Assembly (NCBI GenBank): GCA_963841755.1
Contig: CAWJDX010000025.1
Span: forward strand, 67,048 to 131,047
Reading direction: 5' to 3'
Length of the DNA: 64,000 nt
Source of the DNA: an uncultured Candidatus Rokubacteria bacterium
GTDB taxonomy: Bacteria > Methylomirabilota > Methylomirabilia > Rokubacteriales > CSP1-6
This document shows positions 40,711-51,240 of the stretch, piece by piece (position 1 is the first letter of the stretch; each line of letters opens with the position of its first letter). The position numbers were made by a program, and so were the translations under genes. The notes beneath the pieces are model-generated. The model ran no database searches, was not told the DNA's origin, and worked only from the letters and a program-made list of their open reading frames with translations.

Positions 40711-41811
40711 ATGATCACGCTGCTCACGGATGCGGGGGAATTCGCGGTGGACGGGGCGGCTGCCTCGACGACGACGCTCTGGTGTCCCGCGCGCGACGCG
40801 GAGGCCGCCACGGGCTGGGTCGCCAAGCCGGAGGGGCTCTGCCGGGGGCCGGTCTGCGTGCCGCTGCCCGCGGGGCGCGAGCGCGAGTTCGTCGACGGTG
40901 GGCGCATCGACCTGGCCGCGCTCTGGCGCCACCTCGGTCAGCCCGCGATCCACGGCGACCGGGGCGACGCGTGGGTGCTCTCGCAGAGCGCGCGCGACCG
41001 CGCGGCGACGCTGGGCGCGCTGGAGGCGCCGGACTTCGCGCTGCCCGACGCGGCCGGCCGGCTGCACCGGCTCTCCGAGCATCGCGGGAAGAAGGTCCTG
41101 CTCGTCACCTGGGCGTCCTGGTGAGGGTGCCGTCGCGACCTGCCCGTGTGGCAGGCGCTCTACGAGGAGCTGGGCGATCGCGGCTTCGTGGTGATCGCGG
41201 TGGCGATGGACAGCCGCGAGGGCGATCCGCTGCCGTGGATCGAGGCGGCCCGGCCCACCTATCCGACCCTGATCGATCGCGACCATCGGCTCGCCGAGCT
41301 CTACGGCATCGTCAACGTGCCGCAGGCGGTGTGGATCGACGAGGCCGGCCGCATCGTGCGTCCCGCGGAGCCGGCCGGCGCCTATGAAGGCTTCCGCAAG
41401 ATGAACCGGGCGACGCGGGAGATGCCGGAGGACGTGGCGCGTCTCACCGCGCAGGCGAAGGCGACGTATCTCGACGCGATCCGCGACTGGGTGCGCCTCG
41501 GGCCGAAGAGCTCCCACGCCCTCACCGCGGCCCAGGCGCGCGAGCACCTGCCCACGCCGCGCGAGGACACCGCCCGGGCCCAGGCGATGTTCCGGCTCGG
41601 GCAGCTCCTGATCCGGCGGGGAGAGCGCGAGGAAGGCGAGCGGTGGATCCACGAGGCGAGCCGCCTGCACCCCGACTCCTGGTGCATCTGGCGCCAGGGG
41701 GCGGGGGTCAACGAGACGGGGCTGGCCGCGCTGCCCGAGTTCTGGCAGCGGGTCGACGCGCTCGGGGAGGCGCGCTACTACGCCCGGGTCGACATGCCCG
41801 GCATGCCCTAG
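40711..41811 (+). CDS. ResA/TlpA-like thioredoxin-fold protein with W-A-x-x-U-G-C motif; candidate selenoprotein (in-frame UGA 41122..41124)
   Basis: ORFs 40267..41124 and 41146..41811 share one frame. Read-through gives ...EHRGKKVLLVTWASW-U-GCRRDLPVWQALYEELGDRGFVVIAVAMDS...NVPQAVWIDEAGRIV.... The TGA therefore sits where ResA/TlpA proteins carry the first redox Cys. Confidence 0.65.
41135..41158 (+). promoter_or_regulatory. SECIS-like stem-loop downstream of the ResA-like UGA
   Basis: GCG-A-CCUGCC [CGUGU] GGCAGG-CGC: 9 bp with one bulged A and a 5-nt loop containing GU. The stem starts 10 nt and the loop 21 nt after the UGA. Confidence 0.45.
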
Positions 41812-41817
41812 CCGGCG

Positions 41818-44046
41818 ATGGCCGGCCCGGAGCCCTCGCACACGTTTCCGGCCAGCCGAGACTTCAGCTCGCTCTCGGTTCGCGACCTGATCGAGGCGCG
41901 CGACCACTACCACGTCCACCTCGCGCACCTCCAGAACGTCAAGGCCACCGCGATCGGCCGCTACCTCATCCGCGCGGACGACTGGTACGCGGAGCATCCG
42001 CCGTCGACCCGGCCGCCGAAGGGGTACCGCCGGCCGACCGGGCCGCGCACCATGTTCAACTCGGTGGTGCGCGAATGGTCCTGGCCCTGCGTGCTGGTCT
42101 TCGTGGACCGGTGGGCCGATCGACGGCGCCTCGACAACGTGGACGATCCCGACCAGATCGTGCCGCGCCTGCTCTACCTGCCGGACGGGCGCGTGGTCCC
42201 CACCTGCGTGGTCCAGGTCAGCATGCACACGGCGCCCGCGGGCCTGCCTCACGACTACCGGTTCCCGAAGGCCTTCGTCGGGGGCGGCTACCCGGTGCTC
42301 GCGGCCGTGCAGGGGCGCGAGCACGTGGGCTCGCTCGGTTGCCTCGTCACCGACGGGAGCGTGACCTACGCGCTCACGAGCCGTCACGTGGTCGGCGACG
42401 CGGGCCGCGAGATGTACTCGATCGTGGGCGGCCGCCGGGAGCGCATCGGGGTGTCCGACGCGCGGCAGGTCGGCAAGAAGCCGTTCGAGGCGGTCTATCC
42501 CGGGTGGCCGGGAAGCCACGTGTACAGCAATCTGGACGCGGGGCTCATCCGGGTCGACGACGTCTCGCGCTGGACCACCCAGGTGCTGGGGGTGGGCGAG
42601 ATCGACGAGATGATCGACCTCAACACCGACACCATCACGCTCGACCTGATCGACTGCCCGGTGCGCGCCTTCGGGGCGGCCTCGGGCCAGCTGTTCGGCC
42701 GGGTCGCCGGCTTCTTCTACCGCTACAAGTCGGTGGGCGGCTTCGACTACGCGGCCGACCTGCTCATCCGGCCCCGGCCCGATCCGGCGGATCCGGCCCG
42801 GACGCCGAGCACGCTGCCCGGCGATTCGGGCACGCTCTGGTGCCTCGAGGAGCCGTGGCCGGCGGGCGACGAGCGCTCGCACCGGAGCCCGACGCGCCTC
42901 CGCCCGATCGCGCTGCAGTGGGGCGGGCAGGTGCTCGTGGAGGACGGGATCGCCTCGTCCACCGCCCGGAGCTTCGCGCTCGCCACCTCGCTCAGCACCG
43001 TCTGCCGCGAGCTCGACCTCGACCTGGTGCGGGACTGGAACACCGGGCTGCCGGAGTACTGGGGAGCCGTCGGCCACTACACGATCGCCGCCATCGCGTG
43101 CTCGCGGGTCAAGAGCACCAAGCTCCGGAAGCTGCTCGCGGCCAACCTCGAGCGCATCTCGTTCCCGCGCGCGGTCATCGAGAAGGGTGCGAACGCCTTC
43201 GACGGGCTCTCCAAGAAGCCGTTCATCCCGCTCGCCGACGTTCCGGACTACGCCTGGAAGGGCGGCGGGCGCAGCGGCGAGCAGCCGAACCACTTCGCGG
43301 ACATGGACGCGAAGGTGCCGTCGGGGGAGTGGAAGGGCAAGACGCTGCTCGACCTGTGCCACGACGAGGCCAACGTCGACGTGGGGGTGTGGACGCAGTA
43401 CTACAAGCTGGTGAAGGACCGCAACAAGGGGACCCTGCCGTTCCGGGTCTGGCAGATCTTCTCGGCGATGAAGGGCTTCGCCCGCGCCAAGGACGTGCCG
43501 CAGTTCGTGGCCGCCGCGGGGGTGCTCGCCCACTACGTGGGCGACGCGTGCCAGCCGCTGCACATCTCCTACATGTACAACGGCAAGCCGGTGGCGGGCG
43601 GCAAGAAGGGCGAGGGCGTCCACCACGAGTACGAGGCCGCCATGTTCAACGCGCACGTGGCCGAGCTGTGGGACGGGATCACGGCCAAGATCCCCGGCGG
43701 GGCCTTCGCCTCGATCACCACCGGCCGGGCGGCCGCGGTCGCCACCGTGCGCTTGATGGACACCACCTTCACCCTCATCCCGCCGGAGGACATCGTGAAC
43801 GCGTACGCGCAGGGGCAGGACCTGTGGGCCCGGTTCGGGGATCGGACCAAGCAGACGATGGCGAACGGGGTGCGCGCGCTCGCCGAGCTGTGGGAGAACG
43901 CGTGGAAGGCCGGCAACGGCAACGCGATCGCCACCACCGCGCTGGGGGCGGTCGACCCGGGGGTGCTGGCCGGCATCTACACCCGCGACGACTTCCTGCC
44001 CTCGCACCGGATCAAGGACATCGCCTCCGTGCTGGACGCGACCTGA
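41818..44046 (+). CDS. fusion protein: trypsin-like serine protease domain (N) + zinc-dependent phospholipase C / S1-P1 nuclease superfamily domain (C)
   Basis: Intact 742-aa ORF with no signal peptide. Protease triad motifs: TSRH190VVGD, NLD240AGLIRV, PGDS337GTLW (spacing 50/97 aa, close to the chymotrypsin-fold spacing). C-terminal motifs: YW415GAVGH420, PLAD474VPD, NH492FAD, LAH572YVGD576ACQPLH582, H602HEYE606. Confidence 0.7.
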   Translation: MAGPEPSHTFPASRDFSSLSVRDLIEARDHYHVHLAHLQNVKATAIGRYLIRADDWYAEHPPSTRPPKGYRRPTGPRTMFNSVVREWSWPCVLVFVDRWADRRRLDNVDDPDQIVPRLLYLPDGRVVPTCVVQVSMHTAPAGLPHDYRFPKAFVGGGYPVLAAVQGREHVGSLGCLVTDGSVTYALTSRHVVGDAGREMYSIVGGRRERIGVSDARQVGKKPFEAVYPGWPGSHVYSNLDAGLIRVDDVSRWTTQVLGVGEIDEMIDLNTDTITLDLIDCPVRAFGAASGQLFGRVAGFFYRYKSVGGFDYAADLLIRPRPDPADPARTPSTLPGDSGTLWCLEEPWPAGDERSHRSPTRLRPIALQWGGQVLVEDGIASSTARSFALATSLSTVCRELDLDLVRDWNTGLPEYWGAVGHYTIAAIACSRVKSTKLRKLLAANLERISFPRAVIEKGANAFDGLSKKPFIPLADVPDYAWKGGGRSGEQPNHFADMDAKVPSGEWKGKTLLDLCHDEANVDVGVWTQYYKLVKDRNKGTLPFRVWQIFSAMKGFARAKDVPQFVAAAGVLAHYVGDACQPLHISYMYNGKPVAGGKKGEGVHHEYEAAMFNAHVAELWDGITAKIPGGAFASITTGRAAAVATVRLMDTTFTLIPPEDIVNAYAQGQDLWARFGDRTKQTMANGVRALAELWENAWKAGNGNAIATTALGAVDPGVLAGIYTRDDFLPSHRIKDIASVLDAT

Positions 44047-44051
44047 GCCCG

Positions 44052-45167
44052 ATGCCCCCGCTGCCGCGCTTCGGGCTGAACCGCTTCGACTCCCGCTCGG
44101 TCGACGCCTTCGCGGCGGACGTGCGCCGCGCCGAGCAGCTCGGCTGGGACGCCGCGCTCCAGCCGGACTCGCAGCTCCGCCGGCGCGACACCTACGTGCT
44201 GCTCGCCGCGGCGGCGCGGGTCACCGAGCGGATCGCGCTCGGGCCGCTCCTGGCCAACCCGGTGAACCGCCATCCCACCGTCACCGCGTCGTCGATCGCC
44301 ACCGTGGACGAGCTGGCGCCGGGGCGGGTGCTGCTCGGCTGGGGCGTGGGCGACACCGCGGTGCGCCTGGCCGGCCTCAAGCCGGCGCGGGTCGCCGAGC
44401 TGGAGGCGAGCACGCGGCTCATGCGGGCGCTGCTCGACGGGCAGGCGGTGGAGGTGGGCGCGGCGCGGCCGGCGCGCCTGCCGCATCACCGGCCGGTGCC
44501 GATCTGGATCGCCGCCGGCGGCCCGCGCACCCTGCGCATGGCGGGCGGCGTCGCGGACGGGGTGTTCATCCGGGTGGGCACCCATCCCGCCAACATCGCC
44601 ACCGCGGTGAGCGCGATCCGCGCCGGAGCCGTCGCGGCCGGCCGCGACCCGGCCTCGGTGCGGCTCGGCGCCGTCTTCCACACCGTGCTGGTGGACGACG
44701 CGGAGCGCGCGCTCGTCATGGCGCGCTCGATGGCGGCGGGCTACTACGAGTACTCTCCCGCGCTCTTCGACCCGCCCGGGCTGGCCTGGACCGGCCCGGA
44801 TCCGGAGAGCCTCAAGCACGCCCGGGGAGTCTGGCCCGATTTTCACCACGCGACGGATCTGGAGGCGAGCGGGCGGGCGGTGGACTTCCTCCCGGAGAGC
44901 GCGGCCGATGCCTTCAGCCTCCGCGGGGCGCCCGCCGAGGTGGCGCGGCAGCTGGTGACCGCTCTCCGCGACGCGCCCGCGCCCTTCGACTACGTGGTGC
45001 TCCACCCGATCCCCGACCCGAAGTGGCCGGGCGACCCCGAGCGCGACTACACCGCCCGCGTCGCCCGCGAGGTCCTCCCGCTCGTCCGCCGCGCCGCTGG
45101 GCAGCTAAGCGAGCTGTTTGTGGACGAACTCGATGATGCGCGCGATCGTCCGCTCGACGGCGGGTGA
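44052..45167 (+). CDS. LLM-class (luciferase-like) flavin/F420-dependent oxidoreductase; 3' end probably at 45108
   Basis: ATG 44052. ...LGPLLANPVNRHPTVTASSIATVDELAPGRVLLGWGVGD.... The last 20 codons are antisense to the convergent esterase gene and use atypical codons (CTA, TTT, GAA, GATx3, CGT). In the +1 frame a TAA lies at 45106..45108. Confidence 0.8.
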   Translation: MPPLPRFGLNRFDSRSVDAFAADVRRAEQLGWDAALQPDSQLRRRDTYVLLAAAARVTERIALGPLLANPVNRHPTVTASSIATVDELAPGRVLLGWGVGDTAVRLAGLKPARVAELEASTRLMRALLDGQAVEVGAARPARLPHHRPVPIWIAAGGPRTLRMAGGVADGVFIRVGTHPANIATAVSAIRAGAVAAGRDPASVRLGAVFHTVLVDDAERALVMARSMAAGYYEYSPALFDPPGLAWTGPDPESLKHARGVWPDFHHATDLEASGRAVDFLPESAADAFSLRGAPAEVARQLVTALRDAPAPFDYVVLHPIPDPKWPGDPERDYTARVAREVLPLVRRAAGQLSELFVDELDDARDRPLDGG

Positions 45168-45980
45168 GGCCGGCTTGCGGCTGATGTAGCCTTCGGCCTC
45201 GCCGGCCAGCAGCTCGAGGTCGAGCGCGCCGCCCGCCTTGCGGTAGCCCGCCACGAAGCGATCGAGGTCCGGGCGCGGGTGCGCCATGTCGCGATCGCCC
45301 TGGATGTAGAGCACCGGCGGCAGCTCCACCGACTCACCGCGCTCGAGCGCGAGGGTCGGGTTGCCCTCCGCCATCGCGTCCTCGGTGATCCAGTACTGGT
45401 CGTGGCCGGGCAGCACCCGGTCGACCACCTCGGGGTAGGGCGCGCCCCCGGCCTTGAGCTTCTTGGCGTAGTGGTAGCGCCCGAGCGGATCGATGACCGG
45501 CCAGCAGAGCACCGCGCAGCGGACGGAGCCGTCCGCCGCGGCGGTGCCGGCGGGCAGGGGGAGCCCCGCGTACTTGGGATCGCGCGGCTTCATCGCGAGC
45601 AGCATCGCCTGATGCGCGCCGCTCGAGGCGCCCATGATCCCGACCAGGTCCGGCCGGCTGCGCAGGGTGGTCGCGCGGCTCTTGAGCCAGCGGATCCCGT
45701 AGCTGATGTCGACGAGCGAGCCCGGATACGAGGCGTCGGGCGGCATGCGGAAGTCGAGCGCGGCCACCACCACGCCGCTCCGGGCCAGGGGCTCGTTCAT
45801 GACCGCGTCGTTGGTGCGGTCGCCCCGGCACCAGGCCCCGCCGTGCAGGTCCACGATCATCGGGAAGGGTCCGTCGCCGCGCGGGCTGTAGAGCCGCGCC
45901 AGCAGCGGCCGGTCGCCGTGACGGAGGTACTCCACGTCCTGGACGTCGATCTCGTAGCCCGCGCTCGCCTGACTCGTCAT
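45105..45980 (-). CDS. alpha/beta hydrolase (esterase/lipase, HGG-type)
   Basis: Intact 291-aa ORF. VDLHGGAW oxyanion motif, GASSGAH nucleophile elbow, GDRDMAHP. Confidence 0.85.
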   Translation of the reverse strand: MTSQASAGYEIDVQDVEYLRHGDRPLLARLYSPRGDGPFPMIVDLHGGAWCRGDRTNDAVMNEPLARSGVVVAALDFRMPPDASYPGSLVDISYGIRWLKSRATTLRSRPDLVGIMGASSGAHQAMLLAMKPRDPKYAGLPLPAGTAAADGSVRCAVLCWPVIDPLGRYHYAKKLKAGGAPYPEVVDRVLPGHDQYWITEDAMAEGNPTLALERGESVELPPVLYIQGDRDMAHPRPDLDRFVAGYRKAGGALDLELLAGEAEGYISRKPASPAVERTIARIIEFVHKQLA

Positions 45981-46050
45981 GGTCGCCTCCTGGGAGGGTC
46001 AGCGTCGGCGCCGATGATACACCCAACCCGGGCCGCCGCGCGGGGCCCGC

Positions 46051-46080
46051 TTGCCAGCCGGCGGGCCCGCCCGGCATACT
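46051..46080 (+). promoter_or_regulatory. promoter candidate giving a (near-)leaderless histidine-kinase mRNA
   Basis: TTGCCA (46051..46056), 18 nt, CATACT (46075..46080). The ATG at 46088 is only 7 nt downstream of the -10 box and has no Shine-Dalgarno. Confidence 0.3.
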
Positions 46081-46087
46081 GCCGGGG

Positions 46088-47983
<1,896 letters not shown>

Positions 47984-47994
<11 letters not shown>

Positions 47995-49801
47995 GCGCCG
48001 GCTCCGCCTCGGCGGGCGGGCGCAGGGTGGGCGGCTCGAGGGCGTGGACGCGCTGCAGGTGCTCACGCGTCTCGACCAGGGTCACCCCGACCGAGTCCGC
48101 GCCCGCGGCCTCGAGCTGCCGCCGCGCGCGGGCCTCCGCCGCCCGCAGGCCCCAGCGTCCCACGATGATCCGGAGGTCCGGGAAGCGCGCCCGCAGCCGC
48201 TTGCAGAGATAGCGGGTGTGCGTGCTGCGGCTGCCCGCGGGGATGCGCGCCCAGGCAGACCACCGCGGGCCGCGTCTCCTCGACGAGGGCGACGACCTCG
48301 GCGGCGAGGAGATGGGGCGAGGTGAGGTCGATCGTCCAGTGGGCCGGGCTGACGAGGTGCTGGAGCATCGACGAGGCCGAGGTGGTCGGCCTCGTCCCGC
48401 ACCGGCACCGCGAGCACGCGGACGTTGCGCGGCGGGCGCGCCGGCTCCTCGGCCGGGGCCGCGGACGCGGCGGCGTCGCGGCGGCGCTCGCGGTGGCGCG
48501 CGCGCTCGCGGCGACCTCGTCCACGATCTCGCGCGTGGCTTCCCAGACGTAGCGCTGTCCCCCCTCCGGCAGCGCGCCCCGGCGGCGATCGCGGCGGGCG
48601 TGGCGGAGCGCGGGCACGATGACGTGGTCGTACACCGCCTCGAGCGGATGCTCCTTCGCGTGCTCGGTCACGATGCGGAGCGCCTCGTCGCGGTCCTTCG
48701 CGAGCAGCCGCTGGTAGTACGCGGCCGCGGGCGTGATGGGCGGCTCGTCGGCCATCAGGATGCCGACGAACTCGAGCCCGGGGACGTGCTTGGCGAAGAC
48801 GACCAGGCAGACCGTGAGCGGGGTGGCCAGCAGCAGGCCGACCGGCCCCCAGAGCCAGGCCCAGAACGTGATCGAGCAGAGCAGCGCCACCTGGGAGACG
48901 CCCGCGCTCTGGCCGTAGATGAAGGGCTCGAGCGCGAAGCTGCAGGCGAGCTCCAGCACCACGAAGAGCGCGCCCACCAGGAGCGGCGTGAGCCAGGTGG
49001 GGAAGGCGGCCAGCGCGAACACCACGAGCACGAGCGCGCCCAGCCAGACGCCGACATACGGGATGAAGCGCAGGACCGCGGCGAGGAAGCCCCAGAGCAG
49101 GGCGTAGGGCACGCTCAGCAGGAGCAGGCCGAGCGCGATGCCGAGGCCGAAGCTCACGTTGATGATGGTCTGCATCAGGAGGTAGCGGCTGATGCGCTGG
49201 CCCGCCTCGTCGAGCGCGCGGGTGGTCGTGGTCAGCCGCCCGTAGCCCGCGAGGCGGATGACGCGGTTTCGCAGGTCCTCGCGCTCGATCAGCATGAAGA
49301 TGACCAGGACGATCACCGCCGCCGCGCCGCCGAGGCCCTCGAGCAGCGTCGGGAGCTGCCAGAGGCCGGTCGGCGCCGAGGTGACGATCACCGGGGTGGG
49401 CTTCTGGCGCGGGCGCGCGGTGCCGGTGTCCTTCTGCAGCTCGTTGGCGACCTCGGTGACCGCGGTCTGCGCCTTCTCGAGCGCGCCGCCGCGCCCCATG
49501 CGCCGCACCTGGTCGATCTTCATGATCAGGTTGTCGCGGTAGGCCGGGAATCTCGGTGGACAGGCTCGAGAACTCGATCATCAGGATCCAGAACACGCCG
49601 CCCAGCGTCGCGAACAGCATCGTCACCACCACCGAGACCGACAGCGCCCGGCCCGAGCCCGAGCCGGGTCAGCCGATCCACGATCGGGTACACCATGAAC
49701 GCCAGCAGCATCGCCAGCGCGATCGGCACCAGCACCGCCCGCGCCAGATACAGCGCCGCCACCCCCACGATCAGCGCCGCCACGGTCGCGAGGCGATTCA
49801 T
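47984..49801 (-). CDS. AI-2E (PerM/UPF0118) family transporter with a C-terminal cobalamin-binding-like (Rossmann) domain; at least 3 and possibly 6 frame breaks
   Basis: ATG 49801: MNRLATVAALIVGVAALYLARAVLVPIALAMLLAFMVYPIVDRLTRLGLG. It shifts near 49655 to RALSVSVVVTMLFATLGGVFWILMIEF, and near 49548 to AYRDNLIMKIDQVRR... (ORF 48063..49523 body). The tail ...VRVLAVPVRDEADHL / SSMLQHLVSPAHWTIDLTSPHLLAAEVVALVEETRPAVVCLGA / IPAGSRSTHTRYLCKRLRARFPDLRIIVGRWG...* ends at 47984. Confidence 0.7.
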
Positions 49802-49914
49802 CACGCTGACTACGGAGCAATCGATGTGCCACAGCGCGCGATGGTAGAAACCACAACTGAAGGTGAGCGATGCAAGAGATGCAGGAGGAAAGAACCAAGC
49901 GCAAGGGAGGGAGC

Positions 49915-50083
49915 GGGCGGGGGGCGGGCGGCGGGGGTGGGGGGCCGGGTGACCCGTTCCCCGCCAACGGCCGCCTGCACCCGCGACTATCAGATTGGGA
50001 ACTCCTCACGCAAGCTCGATGAGGAGCGGGTCGTGGTCAGAGGCCCCCCACCCCCGCCGCCCGCCCCCCGCCCGCTCCCTCCC
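49915..50083. repeat. 169-bp intergenic element bounded by perfect 42-bp inverted repeats (G-tract arm / C-tract arm)
   Basis: 49915..49956 GGGAGGGAGCGGGCGGGGGGCGGGCGGCGGGGGTGGGGGGCC is the exact reverse complement of 50042..50083. The 85-nt spacer contains its own 7-bp hairpin (CTCCTCA 50002..50008 / TGAGGAG 50020..50026). Confidence 0.95.
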
Positions 50084-50142
50084 GCCTCCTGCCGCCGCTC
50101 AGTAGTTTGTTCGCGGTAATTCTGACTGCGCGACGGCGCCGA

Positions 50143-51240
50143 TCAGGCGTGGTGGTGGCCGTGATCGTAGTGCGCCTTGAGCAGGTCGAGGCCGAAGTCG
50201 CGCCGCGGGTCGTGCCACACGGAGTGGATGTGGTTGGCGTCGTTCTGGGTGTTGTCGTACTCGATCAGCAGCGTGGGACCGTGGAGGCGATAGTAGTGCG
50301 GCTTGCCCGGCTCGAGCGGGCCCGCCCACGCGAAGCGGATCAGCTCGGGGCCCGCCTGGCGCATGCGGCCGAGCTCCTGCTCGGCGAGCTCGCCGCGCAT
50401 GTTGCGCGCGTACTCCTCGATCAGGCGCAGCGCCTGGCTCCGCTGGTCCCCGGTCATGTCGGAGAGGGCGAGGCCGGTGGGCGTCGCGAGGCTGTCCGCG
50501 CGGCCGGGGCCGCTGACGATGTCGCCGAGCGACTGGGCCGCGATGACGCCGCGGGCGCGCTGCGGGTCGCTGAGGCTCCGCGCGAGCGCCCGGCCCAGGT
50601 CCTGCTCCGCGGCGAGGACGCGCTGGCCCTTCTGGGGACCCGACGGAACCTCGGCCGGATTGGCGCCGAGGAAGGCGGGCGTCATCGCGACCGGCCGGCC
50701 CGGCACGAGCGTGAAGTTGAGCGAGAGGTGATGGCCCTCGACCCGCCAGCCCCACGCGGCCGACGGGCCCGGATTGCCGAAGACGGTGAACGCGTAGTTG
50801 TCCGGGTCCCGCATGAGACCGAAGGTCTCGAGGCGGCGCAGCACCTCCTCGAGGCGGATGATCCCGACCGCCTTGCCGTAGCCCACCGCGCTCAGGCTCG
50901 CCTTCATGAGCTCGTGGGCCGCGGCGCGCCCCGCCGCCGGCATGTCCTTGAAGGGCACGCCCGCGCGCCGGCGTGGGATGTAGTGCCAGTCGAGCCGCTC
51001 CTTGTCCTCGACCGCGAACACCGCGTGCCGCCGCGTCTCCGCGGGCAGCGCGCCGAGGAGCGCGAGCGCGGCGCCGGCCATCGCCGCCCGCGGGGCGTCG
51101 CCGACATCGGCGAGGGACGGCGCGGGGGCGAGGGACGGCGCGGTCGGCGGGCTCTGCCCGTGCGCGGGCCGGACCAGCGCTCCCGCCGCCGCGCTCGCCG
51201 CCAGCCCGTGGAGCAGGCGGCGGCGCGTGAGCCCCGCCAT
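50143..51240 (-). CDS. DUF3500-family protein, Tat signal (periplasmic)
   Basis: Intact 365-aa ORF. MAGLTRRRLLHGLAASAAAGALVRPAHG..., C-terminal ...HYYRLHGPTLLIEYDNTQNDANHIHSVWHDPRRDFG.... The ATG directly abuts the upstream TAG. Confidence 0.7.
   Translation of the reverse strand: MAGLTRRRLLHGLAASAAAGALVRPAHGQSPPTAPSLAPAPSLADVGDAPRAAMAGAALALLGALPAETRRHAVFAVEDKERLDWHYIPRRRAGVPFKDMPAAGRAAAHELMKASLSAVGYGKAVGIIRLEEVLRRLETFGLMRDPDNYAFTVFGNPGPSAAWGWRVEGHHLSLNFTLVPGRPVAMTPAFLGANPAEVPSGPQKGQRVLAAEQDLGRALARSLSDPQRARGVIAAQSLGDIVSGPGRADSLATPTGLALSDMTGDQRSQALRLIEEYARNMRGELAEQELGRMRQAGPELIRFAWAGPLEPGKPHYYRLHGPTLLIEYDNTQNDANHIHSVWHDPRRDFGLDLLKAHYDHGHHHA

Noticed and set aside
49915-50083. The G/C-rich repeats could be taken for a CRISPR array or rRNA/tRNA-like structure.
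   Set aside because: There are only two copies. They are inverted rather than direct, there are no additional spacers, and there are no cas genes in the window.
49556-50119. ORFs on both strands across the inverted-repeat element encode PPPPPPAPRPLPP-type sequence.
   Set aside because: They are produced automatically by translating the G-tract/C-tract arms. The same peptide appears on both strands because the arms are reverse complements. There is no start context and no codon bias.
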